From an uncultured Planctomycetales bacterium (GTDB lineage: Bacteria > Omnitrophota > Gorgyraeia > Zapsychrales > JANLHA01), in the NCBI GenBank assembly GCA_964474085.1, contig CAYYRJ010000001.1, positions 27,631 to 91,630 on the forward strand: a stretch of 64,000 nucleotides of DNA. The letters are read 5' to 3'. The notes under the pieces were generated by a model. It worked only from the letters and a program-made list of their open reading frames with translations. It was not told where the DNA came from and made no database searches. Positions 18,593 through 28,667 of the stretch are shown in pieces; the first letter of the stretch is position 1; every line of letters begins with the position of its first letter. A program made the position numbers and the translations under genes.

Positions 18593-19529
18593 TTTAATTT
18601 CCATTGTTGTCCCGGTTTACAATGAACAGCAAAGCCTTGCGCCTTTGTTTGAAAAAATAAGTGCCGTGATGAAGGATATTTCACAAAAATCGTTTGAAGT
18701 TATTTTTATCGACGATGGCAGCAGTGACGGGTCTTGGGAGGTCATCGAAAAGTTGGCAGCTAAAAATGTCTATATGGTCCGTGCGGTTCGTTTTCGCAAA
18801 AATTTTGGCAAGTCTCAGGCTTTGTCGGTGGGGTTTGCGCTGGCGCAAGGTGACCCGATTATTTCTATGGACGCGGACTTGCAGGATGATCCGCAGGAGA
18901 TCCCGATTTTTCTTGAAATGATCAAAGACGGCGCAGATTTGGTCTCGGGGTGGAAAATCAATCGCAAGGACCCTTTATCAAAACGATTACCTTCAAAAGT
19001 TTTTAATGCGGTTGTTCAAGTCATCTCGGGAGTCAAGCTCCATGATTTTAATTGCGGATTTAAAGCTTATCGTCGTGAAGTGCTTAAACATATCAAAATT
19101 TATGGCGAGCTGCATCGATTTATTCCAGTTTTAGCGTACGGGTATGGTTTTAAAATTGCCGAGGTCGCGGTTAAGCATAATCCCAGACAATTCGGACATT
19201 CCAAATATGGTTTAGAGCGTTATGCGAGGGGGTTTTTGGATCTTCTGACTGTTATTACGACGACGCGTTTTATTCGTCGGCCGTCTCATCTTTTTGGCGG
19301 GTGGGGGATTATTTCGGGGCTGATTGGATTTAGTATTTTGTTTTATTTAAGCATCCATTGGGTCATGGGAACGCCGATTGCCGCACGGCCGTTATTTTTC
19401 TTAGGCATTATGCTAAGCATTATGTCTGTGCAGATGATTTCGCTGGGACTTATCGCTGAGCTTTTTATTTATTATGCCAAGCCCAACGAAAATGAAGAGT
19501 TGATCAAACAAAAAATAAACCTTTCGTAA
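18585..19529 (+). CDS. family 2 glycosyltransferase, polyprenyl-phosphate sugar synthase type (ArnC/GtrB/DPM1-like)
   Basis: ISIVVPVYNE...IFIDDGSSDGS GT2 signature, DAD motif (SMDADLQDD). Two C-terminal TM helices. Confidence 0.8.
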   Translation: MSNLISIVVPVYNEQQSLAPLFEKISAVMKDISQKSFEVIFIDDGSSDGSWEVIEKLAAKNVYMVRAVRFRKNFGKSQALSVGFALAQGDPIISMDADLQDDPQEIPIFLEMIKDGADLVSGWKINRKDPLSKRLPSKVFNAVVQVISGVKLHDFNCGFKAYRREVLKHIKIYGELHRFIPVLAYGYGFKIAEVAVKHNPRQFGHSKYGLERYARGFLDLLTVITTTRFIRRPSHLFGGWGIISGLIGFSILFYLSIHWVMGTPIAARPLFFLGIMLSIMSVQMISLGLIAELFIYYAKPNENEELIKQKINLS

Positions 19530-19539
19530 AGTCACCGAC

Positions 19540-20907
19540 ATGGAATTTCAGCAAATACTTTCGCAAAGAAAAAGTGTCCGTAATTTTAAGCTTGCGCCTG
19601 TTCCACAAAAGGACATTCTGTCGATTATTGAAGCTGGGGTCTGTGCTCCCACCCCCTGCAATCAGCAATTATGGCGTTTTGTGGTTGTCGATGATGAAAA
19701 GTTAAAGGAGCGTTTGATTACTCAAGCCTATTGTTCGACGCTTATCCGTAAGGCGGCCAGTGTGATTGTGGTTATCTACGATGGATGGAATCAAAAGGAA
19801 GCGATACAATCCGGTTCGATGGCGATTATGAATATGCTCAATCGCAGTTGGGAGCTTGAGCTGGGCGCTTGCTGTATCAACAGCTTTGGTGATCAAACAA
19901 GAATCAAAGAAATTTTGAATATCCCTGACGGTTACGTCGTTGTATCTTTCGTTATATTAGGATATTGCGATGATTTAAAAAATGAGCAGTTCCCTTTGGT
20001 CGATCGCCGGCCTCTAAAAGAGGTTGTGAGTTTTAATGGGTATCAATCACGGCGCGATTATTCCAAAAGCTATGACCCGGATGTTTGGGAAAAAGATAAT
20101 CTCGACGATTATCAAAGGTATTATTGCCGCAAAACTTTTTTGGGCAAGCCGATGGATTTGGTCTCGGATTATGAACTTGACGTGATTAAAAAGCAGTTGC
20201 AAGATCTTAACGGAGATATTCTTGATATCTTTTCTTATGATGGTTCGTATCTAAAATTATTCCCGGAGCAAAAAATCTATTCTTTAAATCTCAACCCAAT
20301 AACCGCTCGCTATGCGCAGAGTGCTTTGTCAACGCAGCAAAACGACACGGAACGTCTTGAAAGTCTCACATGGCAAGAGCTGACCGATGGCCAAAAGAAT
20401 TTGGAACAAGTCCGTTATATCACCATGATTATGAAGGCCGAGCGCGTTTCCAAAAAAATTCTCAATGATTTGTTGGGGGTTTTGGCCAAAACAGTTAAAG
20501 TGGACACGGAATTTATTGTGATTGCCAGAAAGAAAAATTTATTTCTTAATGCTTTTTTATTTCTTTTGCGCTTATTTTTTGGCGATGATGTGCGCAAAAC
20601 CGGAATTTTTGCTTTTTTTGGCCCGTATGCTCCCGTTGATGTGAATATTATTTCTACACTATTTGAGCAGAATGGCTGGAAGTTAACGTGCAAACAGCAA
20701 TACTTTTTTTTGCCGGCGTTTTTTCAGCAAATTTTGCAGATGATTTTTCAGTTTTATAAAAGCGGCAAGACCAGTTATGTCCACCGTAACTCTCACAATA
20801 ACTTTATGACACGCAGTTATGATCGGCTGCTTAAATTTCAAGGGTTAAAGAAAACTTTTTTCGGTTCTCTGGTCGTCTTAAAGTTTCGTTTGGAAAAAAC
20901 ATCATGA
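19540..20907 (+). CDS. nitroreductase-family N-terminal domain fused to a ~280-aa domain of unknown function
   Basis: Residues 1-170 match the nitroreductase fold (RKSVRNF...PTPCNQQLWRFVVV). The rest has no motif I recognise. Confidence 0.55.
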   Translation: MEFQQILSQRKSVRNFKLAPVPQKDILSIIEAGVCAPTPCNQQLWRFVVVDDEKLKERLITQAYCSTLIRKAASVIVVIYDGWNQKEAIQSGSMAIMNMLNRSWELELGACCINSFGDQTRIKEILNIPDGYVVVSFVILGYCDDLKNEQFPLVDRRPLKEVVSFNGYQSRRDYSKSYDPDVWEKDNLDDYQRYYCRKTFLGKPMDLVSDYELDVIKKQLQDLNGDILDIFSYDGSYLKLFPEQKIYSLNLNPITARYAQSALSTQQNDTERLESLTWQELTDGQKNLEQVRYITMIMKAERVSKKILNDLLGVLAKTVKVDTEFIVIARKKNLFLNAFLFLLRLFFGDDVRKTGIFAFFGPYAPVDVNIISTLFEQNGWKLTCKQQYFFLPAFFQQILQMIFQFYKSGKTSYVHRNSHNNFMTRSYDRLLKFQGLKKTFFGSLVVLKFRLEKTS

Positions 20908-22502
20908 ACAAAAAAGTTTATTTTGATGCGCTATTGCCCAATATCCCAAGGATTTTAAGCCAAATAAATCCTAATCTCAGCTCGCAGACTTTCGGCTGTT
21001 GCGAGAGGTATTATTGGCACAACAATGTCACGGCGATTGCCAACGCCCGTTTTCAGGAAGCGGTTTTAACACTTGCGCTTGTTTATCAACATGGCCCCAC
21101 TGAATACAAAGATAACCCTTATCTATTGCGTTTGATTAACGGGACAATTGGCTTTTGGCTAAAAATCCAAGAGTCCGACGGGTCATTCAATGAATGGTAC
21201 GAGCATGAAGGCAGTTATGTGGCAACCGCTTTTTCGACTTACGCAGTCAGTGAAGCAGTTTTGCTCTTAGGGAAAGAAAAGATTGAGAACGTTGAGGCTG
21301 TGCTTTCAGCACTTGTTAAAGCAAGTTTTTGGCTTGGGTGCCGCAGCCAGAAGTCGGTTTATAATCAACAGTCCGGCGCTTTGATTGCAATTTATAATAC
21401 GTATTTATTGACGAAAAACGATGAGCTTAAAAAAATTGTTCAAAACCATGAGCAGCTTATTTCTTCGTGCCAAACTTCCGAAGGCTGGTTTTTAGAATAT
21501 GGCGGACCGGATATCGGGTATTTGTCTTTGACGGTCGATTATTTGGCCAAATATTATCAAAAGAGCGGATCGGCACTTATTGAGCAGGTCTTGACAAAAG
21601 CGTTGGAGTTTTTGGCTCAGTTTATTCATAGCGACGGCACCTCTGGCGGCGCTTATGCAAGCCGTGAGACGGAGTTTTTGATTGCGCATGGTGTTGAATT
21701 GCTCGCGGCCAAAAATAAAAATGCCGCTTTTATAGCCGCAGTCATTCGAAGAAATCTTGCAGAAGATAGGGGTGTTACGCCTTTTTCTTTGGATGACCGA
21801 TACCTTATCTATAATGGCTATACTTTTTTACAGGCTGGGTTAGATGGGTGTGAAGAACTTCCGGCAACTCAATTGAATCGTCCGAGTTTTTTACATTATC
21901 CCTTGGCTGGGATTGTGATTTGGCGTCGGGATACGTTAGAGCTTATTGCTAATTTGAAAAAATTAGGGACATTTGTTGCGATTGTTGATGGTAAAAAAAT
22001 CAATGATAGTGGAGTTTTAGTTGAGGCCAAGCAAAACCTCTATAGCGGATATTTGCAAAGCGATGTCCATATTTTGCAGATTGATGAGGGTGGATTTAGT
22101 GTCGAGGGTAAGTTGTGCTTTTTAAAAGAAAACAAGATGACGCCGGGTAAGCAAATTTTATTGTATATTGTCCAGTTTTTCCTCGGGAGGTTTGAGAAAT
22201 TAAGAGCGTATATCAAAGAAACACTTCGCAAAAAATTAATTACTCAACATAAGACTTCGGACATTGTTTTAAAACGGACGATTTGTTTTAAAGAGAATGC
22301 TGTAAGTATTTGCGATGAACTTAAAGGGTTAAAGACTTTTAAAAGGATGATTGTCGGAGCAAGGTTGTCGTTTATATATGTTCCGTCATCGCGGCTTTTT
22401 CAACGTGAGAATCTTTCTGAACAAGCCCCGGAAGTTTTTACGGCAGAACAATTAGAAAGGGATAAGTTTGCCGTCCGTCGAGAATTTTCAATTCATGGAT
22501 AG
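20904..22502 (+). CDS. hypothetical protein (532 aa)
   Basis: Long ORF in operon context with ATGA overlap with the upstream gene. No motif I recognise with confidence. Confidence 0.45.
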   Translation: MNKKVYFDALLPNIPRILSQINPNLSSQTFGCCERYYWHNNVTAIANARFQEAVLTLALVYQHGPTEYKDNPYLLRLINGTIGFWLKIQESDGSFNEWYEHEGSYVATAFSTYAVSEAVLLLGKEKIENVEAVLSALVKASFWLGCRSQKSVYNQQSGALIAIYNTYLLTKNDELKKIVQNHEQLISSCQTSEGWFLEYGGPDIGYLSLTVDYLAKYYQKSGSALIEQVLTKALEFLAQFIHSDGTSGGAYASRETEFLIAHGVELLAAKNKNAAFIAAVIRRNLAEDRGVTPFSLDDRYLIYNGYTFLQAGLDGCEELPATQLNRPSFLHYPLAGIVIWRRDTLELIANLKKLGTFVAIVDGKKINDSGVLVEAKQNLYSGYLQSDVHILQIDEGGFSVEGKLCFLKENKMTPGKQILLYIVQFFLGRFEKLRAYIKETLRKKLITQHKTSDIVLKRTICFKENAVSICDELKGLKTFKRMIVGARLSFIYVPSSRLFQRENLSEQAPEVFTAEQLERDKFAVRREFSIHG

Positions 22503-23052
22503 ACCTATGGCCAAAAATCCAAATTATAAATATTTTGCCCGTGAGATAAGTTTGCGGCTTTTGCAAATTATTATCTTTTCTTTTTTCTTTGAGGTTCCGC
22601 CGCTTAGGCAGATTAGGCATGCGATTGTCAGGGTCTTGTTTAAAGGGTCTAAAGGTATTGATATCGGGATGGGCTGTTATTTTGTTGTTCCACATAAGTC
22701 GGATTGCGCACAGTTGACTATTGGTAAAAATGTTAAAGTGCATCGTAATGTCGAGATCGATTATAGCGGTGGGGTCATTATTGAGGATGACGTTTGGATC
22801 AGCCAGAATGTTCTTATTGAGACGCATGAGCACAAAATTACAGCTAGGCCTAAAAAAGAATGGGGCATTGAATTCTCTGCTCTGGTTATTGAGAAAGACG
22901 CTTGGCTAGCTGCCAATGTTACCATTTTACCGAATGTCAAAAAAATAGGACGCGGTGCCGTGATTGGTGCCGGTGCTGTTGTGACCAACGATGTAGATGC
23001 GATGACAATTGTCGGCGGAGTGCCAGCGCGGGTCATTGGAAAAAGATCTTAA
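22495..23052 (+). CDS. hexapeptide-repeat sugar O-acetyltransferase (WbbJ/LacA/MAT-like)
   Basis: Left-handed beta-helix repeats (IGKNVKVHRNVEID...VWISQNVLI...AWLAANVTIL...IGAGAVV). Start is uncertain (ATG 22495 or 22507). The track start, 22468, is TTG. Confidence 0.7.
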   Translation: MDRPMAKNPNYKYFAREISLRLLQIIIFSFFFEVPPLRQIRHAIVRVLFKGSKGIDIGMGCYFVVPHKSDCAQLTIGKNVKVHRNVEIDYSGGVIIEDDVWISQNVLIETHEHKITARPKKEWGIEFSALVIEKDAWLAANVTILPNVKKIGRGAVIGAGAVVTNDVDAMTIVGGVPARVIGKRS

Positions 23053-23069
23053 AGAAAGGTTTTGGTGAA

Positions 23070-23822
23070 ATGGTTGACCCCTCATTTGAAAAATTGACAC
23101 AAGCCTGCCTTTCGATTGATCAAGTTCAGTCCGATTTTCGTAATGCGAACATGTATCCTCTGCTTGTTTCGTATTTAAAAAAACAATCCTTGTTGGATAT
23201 CGGTTGTGGATCAGGACATTTTTTGCATTATGCACAACAAGCTGGATTTGAAGTTGCTGGAGTTGAACCTAACGACGGGTTGATCAAACTCGCTGACAGA
23301 TTGTACAGGGATTTGAGCCCTAAAATACAAAAGTTATTTGCCGAGAATCTCAGTGAAGTCAAAGGCTGTTACGATAATATTTCTTTGATTGATGTTTTGG
23401 AACATATTGAGGATGATGTCAGTTTATTGAAGAAAATTCCTAAGCTTCTTAATCCCGACGGACAACTCATCGTTTTTGTACCGTGTTTTTCACATTTATA
23501 CGGTGTCCGTGATGAATCAATAGGACATTACAGACGTTATCAAAAATCTGAGCTTATTGACAAATTGACCCGTTGTGGTTTTGAAATAGTATCTATCCGA
23601 TACTGGAATATGCTTGGATATTTTCCGTATTTTATTTCCGAGAAGATACTTAAAAAACCGTTGGGCTATGAGCTTAGAACAAAAAGTGCGACAAACAAAG
23701 GAATTAAGAATTATCTTAATAAGCTGTTGGGTTTTTGGTTTAAATATATTGAAAATCAGGTTGATTTTGGGTTTGGTTTAAGTTTGTTATGTATTGCAAA
23801 GATTGATATGGCTAAACAATAG
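23070..23822 (+). CDS. class I SAM-dependent methyltransferase
   Basis: LLDIGCGSGHF motif I, and LLNPDGQLIV post-II region. ATG 23070. The track ORF from 22902 starts inside the upstream gene. Confidence 0.75.
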   Translation: MVDPSFEKLTQACLSIDQVQSDFRNANMYPLLVSYLKKQSLLDIGCGSGHFLHYAQQAGFEVAGVEPNDGLIKLADRLYRDLSPKIQKLFAENLSEVKGCYDNISLIDVLEHIEDDVSLLKKIPKLLNPDGQLIVFVPCFSHLYGVRDESIGHYRRYQKSELIDKLTRCGFEIVSIRYWNMLGYFPYFISEKILKKPLGYELRTKSATNKGIKNYLNKLLGFWFKYIENQVDFGFGLSLLCIAKIDMAKQ

Positions 23823-23860
23823 GCTAGCAAAAATATATTTTTGGATAAGGAGAAATAGGC

Positions 23861-25486
23861 ATGCCGCAAAACAGTAAAATTGAAAAGAAGTTTCTTCTTT
23901 TGATGGGTGCCATTATTGTCTTGTTTCTGTTGGTCTGGTTTTTTTCTGCTCGAAGTTTTACCGGCTGGGGGGATGAAATTACCCATTTTTCGACGGCCAA
24001 GGGACTTGTCGAGACCGGGGAATATAGAACATGGGCTTTTGATAAAGGATATGCCAACCCCTATCTTTATACACGAGGGCTTGTGATTACGTATCTTGCG
24101 AGTATAGTTTATAAAATTTCAGGCTTGTCTCTTTTGGCCTTTCGCGTGATCCCTCTTGTTTTTGTAATGTTGACATTTTTAACTTTTGCACTTTATATCC
24201 GTTTTCGACATCGGGCTACAGCTAAAGCTCTAGTGTATGCGGCGATTTTCTTTTTTGGGCAGGCATTTATTTTTGAACAGTCAGTCTATGTCAGAGTCTA
24301 TGCGCCGCTAGGTTGGTTTATGGTTATGACTTTGATCCTTTTTTGGGAATCTGCCGTCGCTTTTGGAAAACGAAATCTTGTGTCAGGGGTTTGGTTTTTG
24401 GTGGGAAGTCTGTTTCTGCTTATTTTGCCGGCAGCAGATCATTGGCAGGTCTCCCATATCGCAATTTATTTTTTGGGATTTCTTTTAACATGGCCTGTAT
24501 TTTTGAATATCTTTCTAAAGTTCGACGATAGATTTAGCATAAGGGTAAAGATTTTTTGGATAGGCAGCATTATTTTACTTGCGCCGTTTCTTGTTTTTTT
24601 CTTGGATTTGAGTATGGCGCATTTGATTATGAATACAAAAAAGCTTGTTTTGGGGCGTAATTATGTGACGTATTGGGACAATTTGGTAGGGTTAGTCCGT
24701 TATGTTTTGGCCTTGAATGTTTGTTTTTTAGGTCTTCATTGGGCGATGCAAATACTGAGAAAAAATAAAAGATTGGACTTTTATTCTTGGCTTTTTTATA
24801 CGGGTATTATCTCAGGAATCTTAATAGGACTTTTTAACCCGCATAATCATATATTTTATTCGCGATTCTTTTATGTTTCGGTTGTGTTGGCTGGGTTAGG
24901 GTTTTCCCAAATGTTGCTTCGTCTTCAATTATCTAAAATAGCAATGCGATGGGTTCTCGGTATTTTTATTCTTTTGAATACAAGCTTGTTTGGGGTAAAT
25001 GTTTATTATGAACGCAGTAATATTCGTATTGCCATATCGTGGCTTGAAAAAAATTTAAAGCAAGACGATGCCCTTTTGGTTTTTGCCAGTCAGTTGGAGC
25101 TCCACGGCGGAAAGTCTTTACTGCCTCGGACCTACTCAGTGGCCCCCAGTCAAGATCCGATGGAGATTGTAAAATTGCTGGAACGATTAGAAACAAGTTT
25201 GGCTAATGAAATTTATTTTTTATATACTGACGAATACCAATTTCGCGATTATCTTTATTTGTTAACCGTCGGGGAGGACCGCAGCGCGCCTAATGATCTG
25301 TTCCGCCAGCTTCAAGAAGTAGTTTTTTCGAAACCCGTAATTTCAGGATTACGGTCGTGTAATCTTGTGAGGTACAAAAAAGCTGATCTCGTTGCAGCGT
25401 TGCAAAAATTATTGCAGGAAGGGTATCCATCGCAATTTAAAGCACCGGAGAAAAGAATTTTGAAAAAGATTTTCAAGCTTCGATGA
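23861..25486 (+). CDS. GT-C fold membrane glycosyltransferase (ArnT/PMT family-like)
   Basis: 541 aa, about 12 predicted TM helices, first extracytoplasmic loop with acidic DE motif (GWGDEITH). Strong RBS AAGGAGAAATAGG. Confidence 0.55.
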   Translation: MPQNSKIEKKFLLLMGAIIVLFLLVWFFSARSFTGWGDEITHFSTAKGLVETGEYRTWAFDKGYANPYLYTRGLVITYLASIVYKISGLSLLAFRVIPLVFVMLTFLTFALYIRFRHRATAKALVYAAIFFFGQAFIFEQSVYVRVYAPLGWFMVMTLILFWESAVAFGKRNLVSGVWFLVGSLFLLILPAADHWQVSHIAIYFLGFLLTWPVFLNIFLKFDDRFSIRVKIFWIGSIILLAPFLVFFLDLSMAHLIMNTKKLVLGRNYVTYWDNLVGLVRYVLALNVCFLGLHWAMQILRKNKRLDFYSWLFYTGIISGILIGLFNPHNHIFYSRFFYVSVVLAGLGFSQMLLRLQLSKIAMRWVLGIFILLNTSLFGVNVYYERSNIRIAISWLEKNLKQDDALLVFASQLELHGGKSLLPRTYSVAPSQDPMEIVKLLERLETSLANEIYFLYTDEYQFRDYLYLLTVGEDRSAPNDLFRQLQEVVFSKPVISGLRSCNLVRYKKADLVAALQKLLQEGYPSQFKAPEKRILKKIFKLR

Positions 25487-25535
25487 AAGAAGAATCTTAG
25501 CCAACCGCTGGTATACTGACTAACTGAAGATTTTT

Positions 25536-27644
25536 ATGCGGGCATTATTATCTGTATTAGAAGAGTCTGTCTTGTTCATTGAATGGCTTGATACAGGAAG
25601 CTTGTTTTTTGAAGTCATCCCGTATTTTTTGAGGCATGGAAGAAAGATATCCAAAACGATTTTTGTTTTTGATGCTTCTTTAAGTGCGTTGCGTCTAACT
25701 CGATGTGTAAGCTTTTTAATGAAATGGAAAATTGAGCTTGTTCGTTTTGAGCTCTCTGAAATCAGGGACCAGAATAATTTTTCACTGCGGCTGCGTTTGG
25801 ATTATTTTGATATAGGAGCGATCACAGATAAAATTACTGCTAATGCCGCTTTTCAAAATTATATTTGTCACTTTAAAGATCCACAACACTTAAGTCATTA
25901 TCTGGCTAAAGATTTTATCGAATTTGATTTAACGTCTTTGCAACGCCATCGCCAGATTTTGCATGCGATTACACTTGTAAATGTCAGCCGCTGGTATTTG
26001 AAAAATGGAAACTGCGGCATAAAGTTGTTTTTAAAAAAACGCTGTTGGCCTGAAATTTTGCAAGAATATGCGCGTGATTTGAATGTTGTTCTGGTTTTTG
26101 CATTGCCTTTTTACAATTTTGCTTTTGATACAAAAAGAGCTGTACGTCAGTTTTTAGCACGTTATGTTCATTGGGGTATTTTTTTCTTGCGAAACATAAA
26201 GTTTGTTTTTCGGAAAATCCATGTTCGTAATGCGGTTTGCCAAAGAGGCGATGTATCAAAAATATTGAAATATAAATTGGGTGTTGAGTATTATGGCCAT
26301 TTGAATTTAGAAAGAAAGGATGCGTTTTCAGATTTATTTTTTTATTCCCAATCTCAATTAAAGGGAGAGGAGATTACGCTTCTTTTTAGTTTACCGCAGG
26401 ATCCGCTTGATCAAAACAAATCGGTGGAATTACAAAAGCATGATATTTCAGCGTTGGTCCGTTTTCCCAGCGCTAGCCATTTGCCATTGTCTCAAGCTTC
26501 CGTGCATGACCCGTGGTCTGTCCCAGATGCGTGGCATTTGAGTGATCCTTTGCCTAATGTTCAAAGAAATGATAAGTATTTTGCTATTTTACGGAAGAAA
26601 ACAGTTACTTACAATCGTCAGCTAGGGTATTGGAAAGATCTTTTTATAAAAAACAATATCCGTCTGTATACCCACTGGTATAAATATGATGCTAAGCATA
26701 TTCCTCTCGCAGATGCTTTGAAAAGTTTAGGCGGAATATCAGCTCTATATCAGAGGGCTTATGAGTCTCATCCGATCCGGGGATTGTCCATTGTTTCGGA
26801 TGTAGTCTTTTGTTATAGTAAAAATAATTTTGCTATTGAAAAAGACAACCGGTCCGATATTGGTTATCAGGTTGTCACGGGGTTTTTGGGAGATTTTCGT
26901 TTTCCCCATTTAAAAGAGAAAGCTTTGGAGATTGCTAGGCCTTTGCGTGAAAAAGGGGTAAAACGAATTATCGCTTTTTTGGATGAAAACACGCTCGACG
27001 ACGGACGCTGGTTTGTTGGGCATGCTTTCACGCAAAGAAATTATGCTTATTTGATTGATAAAGTTCTTAAAGATCCACGGTACGGGATTATTTTTAAACC
27101 CAAAGTTTCATGGAATCTGCGTCGTCGGCTGGGAGATGTCGCAAAGCAGCTTGATGAATTGCAAAAATGTGGGCGAGGTGTTATTTTGGGAGGCGGTTGT
27201 CTGCAGAATATGCACCCGCCGGCGCTGGCGGCTCTGGCAGCTGACCTAACGATTCACGAATGTTTAAGCGCTGGCTCAGCCGGTGTTGAGGCCGCCCTTG
27301 CGGGGGCGCCAACGTTATTTTTGGACACCGAAGGCTGGCCGGTTAGTCCCTTTTATCAAGGGGGTTTAGGAAAAGTTGTATTTCAGGATTGGCCGTCTTT
27401 ATGGCAGGCCTGCGAAGATTTTTTTGAAAAGCCTGCGGCAAAAGCGTCGATCGGAAATTGTGCGCCTTTTTTAAGTGAAATAGACCCGTTTCGTGACGGA
27501 CGTGCCGCCGAGCGTATGGGGACTTATTTGAAATGGCTGCTTAACGGTTTAAACGCCGGTTTGCCGCGTCAAGAGGTGTTGGCAGATGCCGCAGAAAAGT
27601 ACACAAAACTTTGGGGTAAAGATAAGATCCATTTAAAAAACTAA
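25536..27644 (+). CDS. hypothetical protein (702 aa), possibly a GT-B-like / capsule-biosynthesis-like C-terminal domain
   Basis: Long ORF. C-terminal GGG...HP...SAG.EAAL.G.P segment loosely resembles nucleotide-sugar binding regions. Nothing diagnostic. Confidence 0.4.
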   Translation: MRALLSVLEESVLFIEWLDTGSLFFEVIPYFLRHGRKISKTIFVFDASLSALRLTRCVSFLMKWKIELVRFELSEIRDQNNFSLRLRLDYFDIGAITDKITANAAFQNYICHFKDPQHLSHYLAKDFIEFDLTSLQRHRQILHAITLVNVSRWYLKNGNCGIKLFLKKRCWPEILQEYARDLNVVLVFALPFYNFAFDTKRAVRQFLARYVHWGIFFLRNIKFVFRKIHVRNAVCQRGDVSKILKYKLGVEYYGHLNLERKDAFSDLFFYSQSQLKGEEITLLFSLPQDPLDQNKSVELQKHDISALVRFPSASHLPLSQASVHDPWSVPDAWHLSDPLPNVQRNDKYFAILRKKTVTYNRQLGYWKDLFIKNNIRLYTHWYKYDAKHIPLADALKSLGGISALYQRAYESHPIRGLSIVSDVVFCYSKNNFAIEKDNRSDIGYQVVTGFLGDFRFPHLKEKALEIARPLREKGVKRIIAFLDENTLDDGRWFVGHAFTQRNYAYLIDKVLKDPRYGIIFKPKVSWNLRRRLGDVAKQLDELQKCGRGVILGGGCLQNMHPPALAALAADLTIHECLSAGSAGVEAALAGAPTLFLDTEGWPVSPFYQGGLGKVVFQDWPSLWQACEDFFEKPAAKASIGNCAPFLSEIDPFRDGRAAERMGTYLKWLLNGLNAGLPRQEVLADAAEKYTKLWGKDKIHLKN

Positions 27645-27650
27645 AACGCT

Positions 27651-28667
27651 ATGGCTAAAAAGAAAAAGTATCTTATCACCGGTGGGGCAGGGTTTATTGG
27701 GAGCCATTTTGTTCACCACTTGTACCGCACACATCAGAACATCGAAGTTTGTGTTTTAGACAAATTAGCTTATTCTTCGAACATAAAGAATTTACAGCCC
27801 TATTCTCTTCGTCGGGATTTTGCGTTTATCAAAGGCGATATTTGTGATGCCAAGTCTGTCGCTTATGCCATGGCAGGGGCCGATGTGGTGGTCAATTTTG
27901 CTGCGCAGGTCGCTGTCGACCGCTCGATTGATGACCCGCAATCATTTTTAAAAACGGATATTTTTGGCGTTTATACTTTGCTTGAAGAAGCCAGAAAGCA
28001 AAAGCATTTAAAGAAATTTGTCCAAATATCTACCGACGAAGTCTACGGCCAGATTTTAAAAGGGAGTTTTAAAGAAAGTTCTCAGACTTTGCCGCGCAAC
28101 CCTTACGCTGCTTCCAAGCTTGGCGGGGAGCGTTTGGCGTACAGTTTTTTTAAAACCTATGATCTTCCCGTTGTTATCACGCGCGCGGCCAACAATTATG
28201 GGCCCTTGGCTTATCCGGAAAAAGTGATCCCGCTTTTTATTACGAACCTTTATGACGGCTTGTCCGTGCCGGTTTATGGCGATGGTCAACAGATGCGCGA
28301 TTGGCTTTATGTCGAAGACCATTGCACGGCCATTGATCTTTTGATCAATAAAGGCCAAGACGGAGAAGTGTATAATGTCGGTGCGGGCGAGTCGTGCACG
28401 AACCTGCAGTTGACCAAGCGAATTTTAAATTTGATGCAGAAAGATGAATCGTTGATTAAGTTTGTGGCCGACAGACCCGGTCATGATTTTCGCTATAGCT
28501 TAAATTGTCAGAAGCTAAAACGCCTTGGCTGGAGGCCAAAATATAATCTTGCCGACGGACTTAAAGTGACCGTTGACTGGTACAAAAATAACGAAGCGTT
28601 ATGGCGGCCGCTAAAAAATAAATTGGACAAACGTTTTGTCAGCGGATTTTGGGGGGCAAAAAAATGA
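27651..28667 (+). CDS. rfbB: dTDP-glucose 4,6-dehydratase
   Basis: YLITGGAGFIGSHF...STDEVYG...YAASK motifs. 338 aa. Confidence 0.9.
   Translation: MAKKKKYLITGGAGFIGSHFVHHLYRTHQNIEVCVLDKLAYSSNIKNLQPYSLRRDFAFIKGDICDAKSVAYAMAGADVVVNFAAQVAVDRSIDDPQSFLKTDIFGVYTLLEEARKQKHLKKFVQISTDEVYGQILKGSFKESSQTLPRNPYAASKLGGERLAYSFFKTYDLPVVITRAANNYGPLAYPEKVIPLFITNLYDGLSVPVYGDGQQMRDWLYVEDHCTAIDLLINKGQDGEVYNVGAGESCTNLQLTKRILNLMQKDESLIKFVADRPGHDFRYSLNCQKLKRLGWRPKYNLADGLKVTVDWYKNNEALWRPLKNKLDKRFVSGFWGAKK

Noticed and set aside
22902-23069. Cys-rich peptide (MASCQCYHFTECQKNRTRCRDWCRCCCDQRCRCDDNCRR) at the start of the track ORF 22902-23822
   Set aside because: This is an out-of-frame read of the 3' end of the hexapeptide acetyltransferase gene. 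The methyltransferase begins at ATG 23070 with its own RBS. It is not a real metal-binding peptide.
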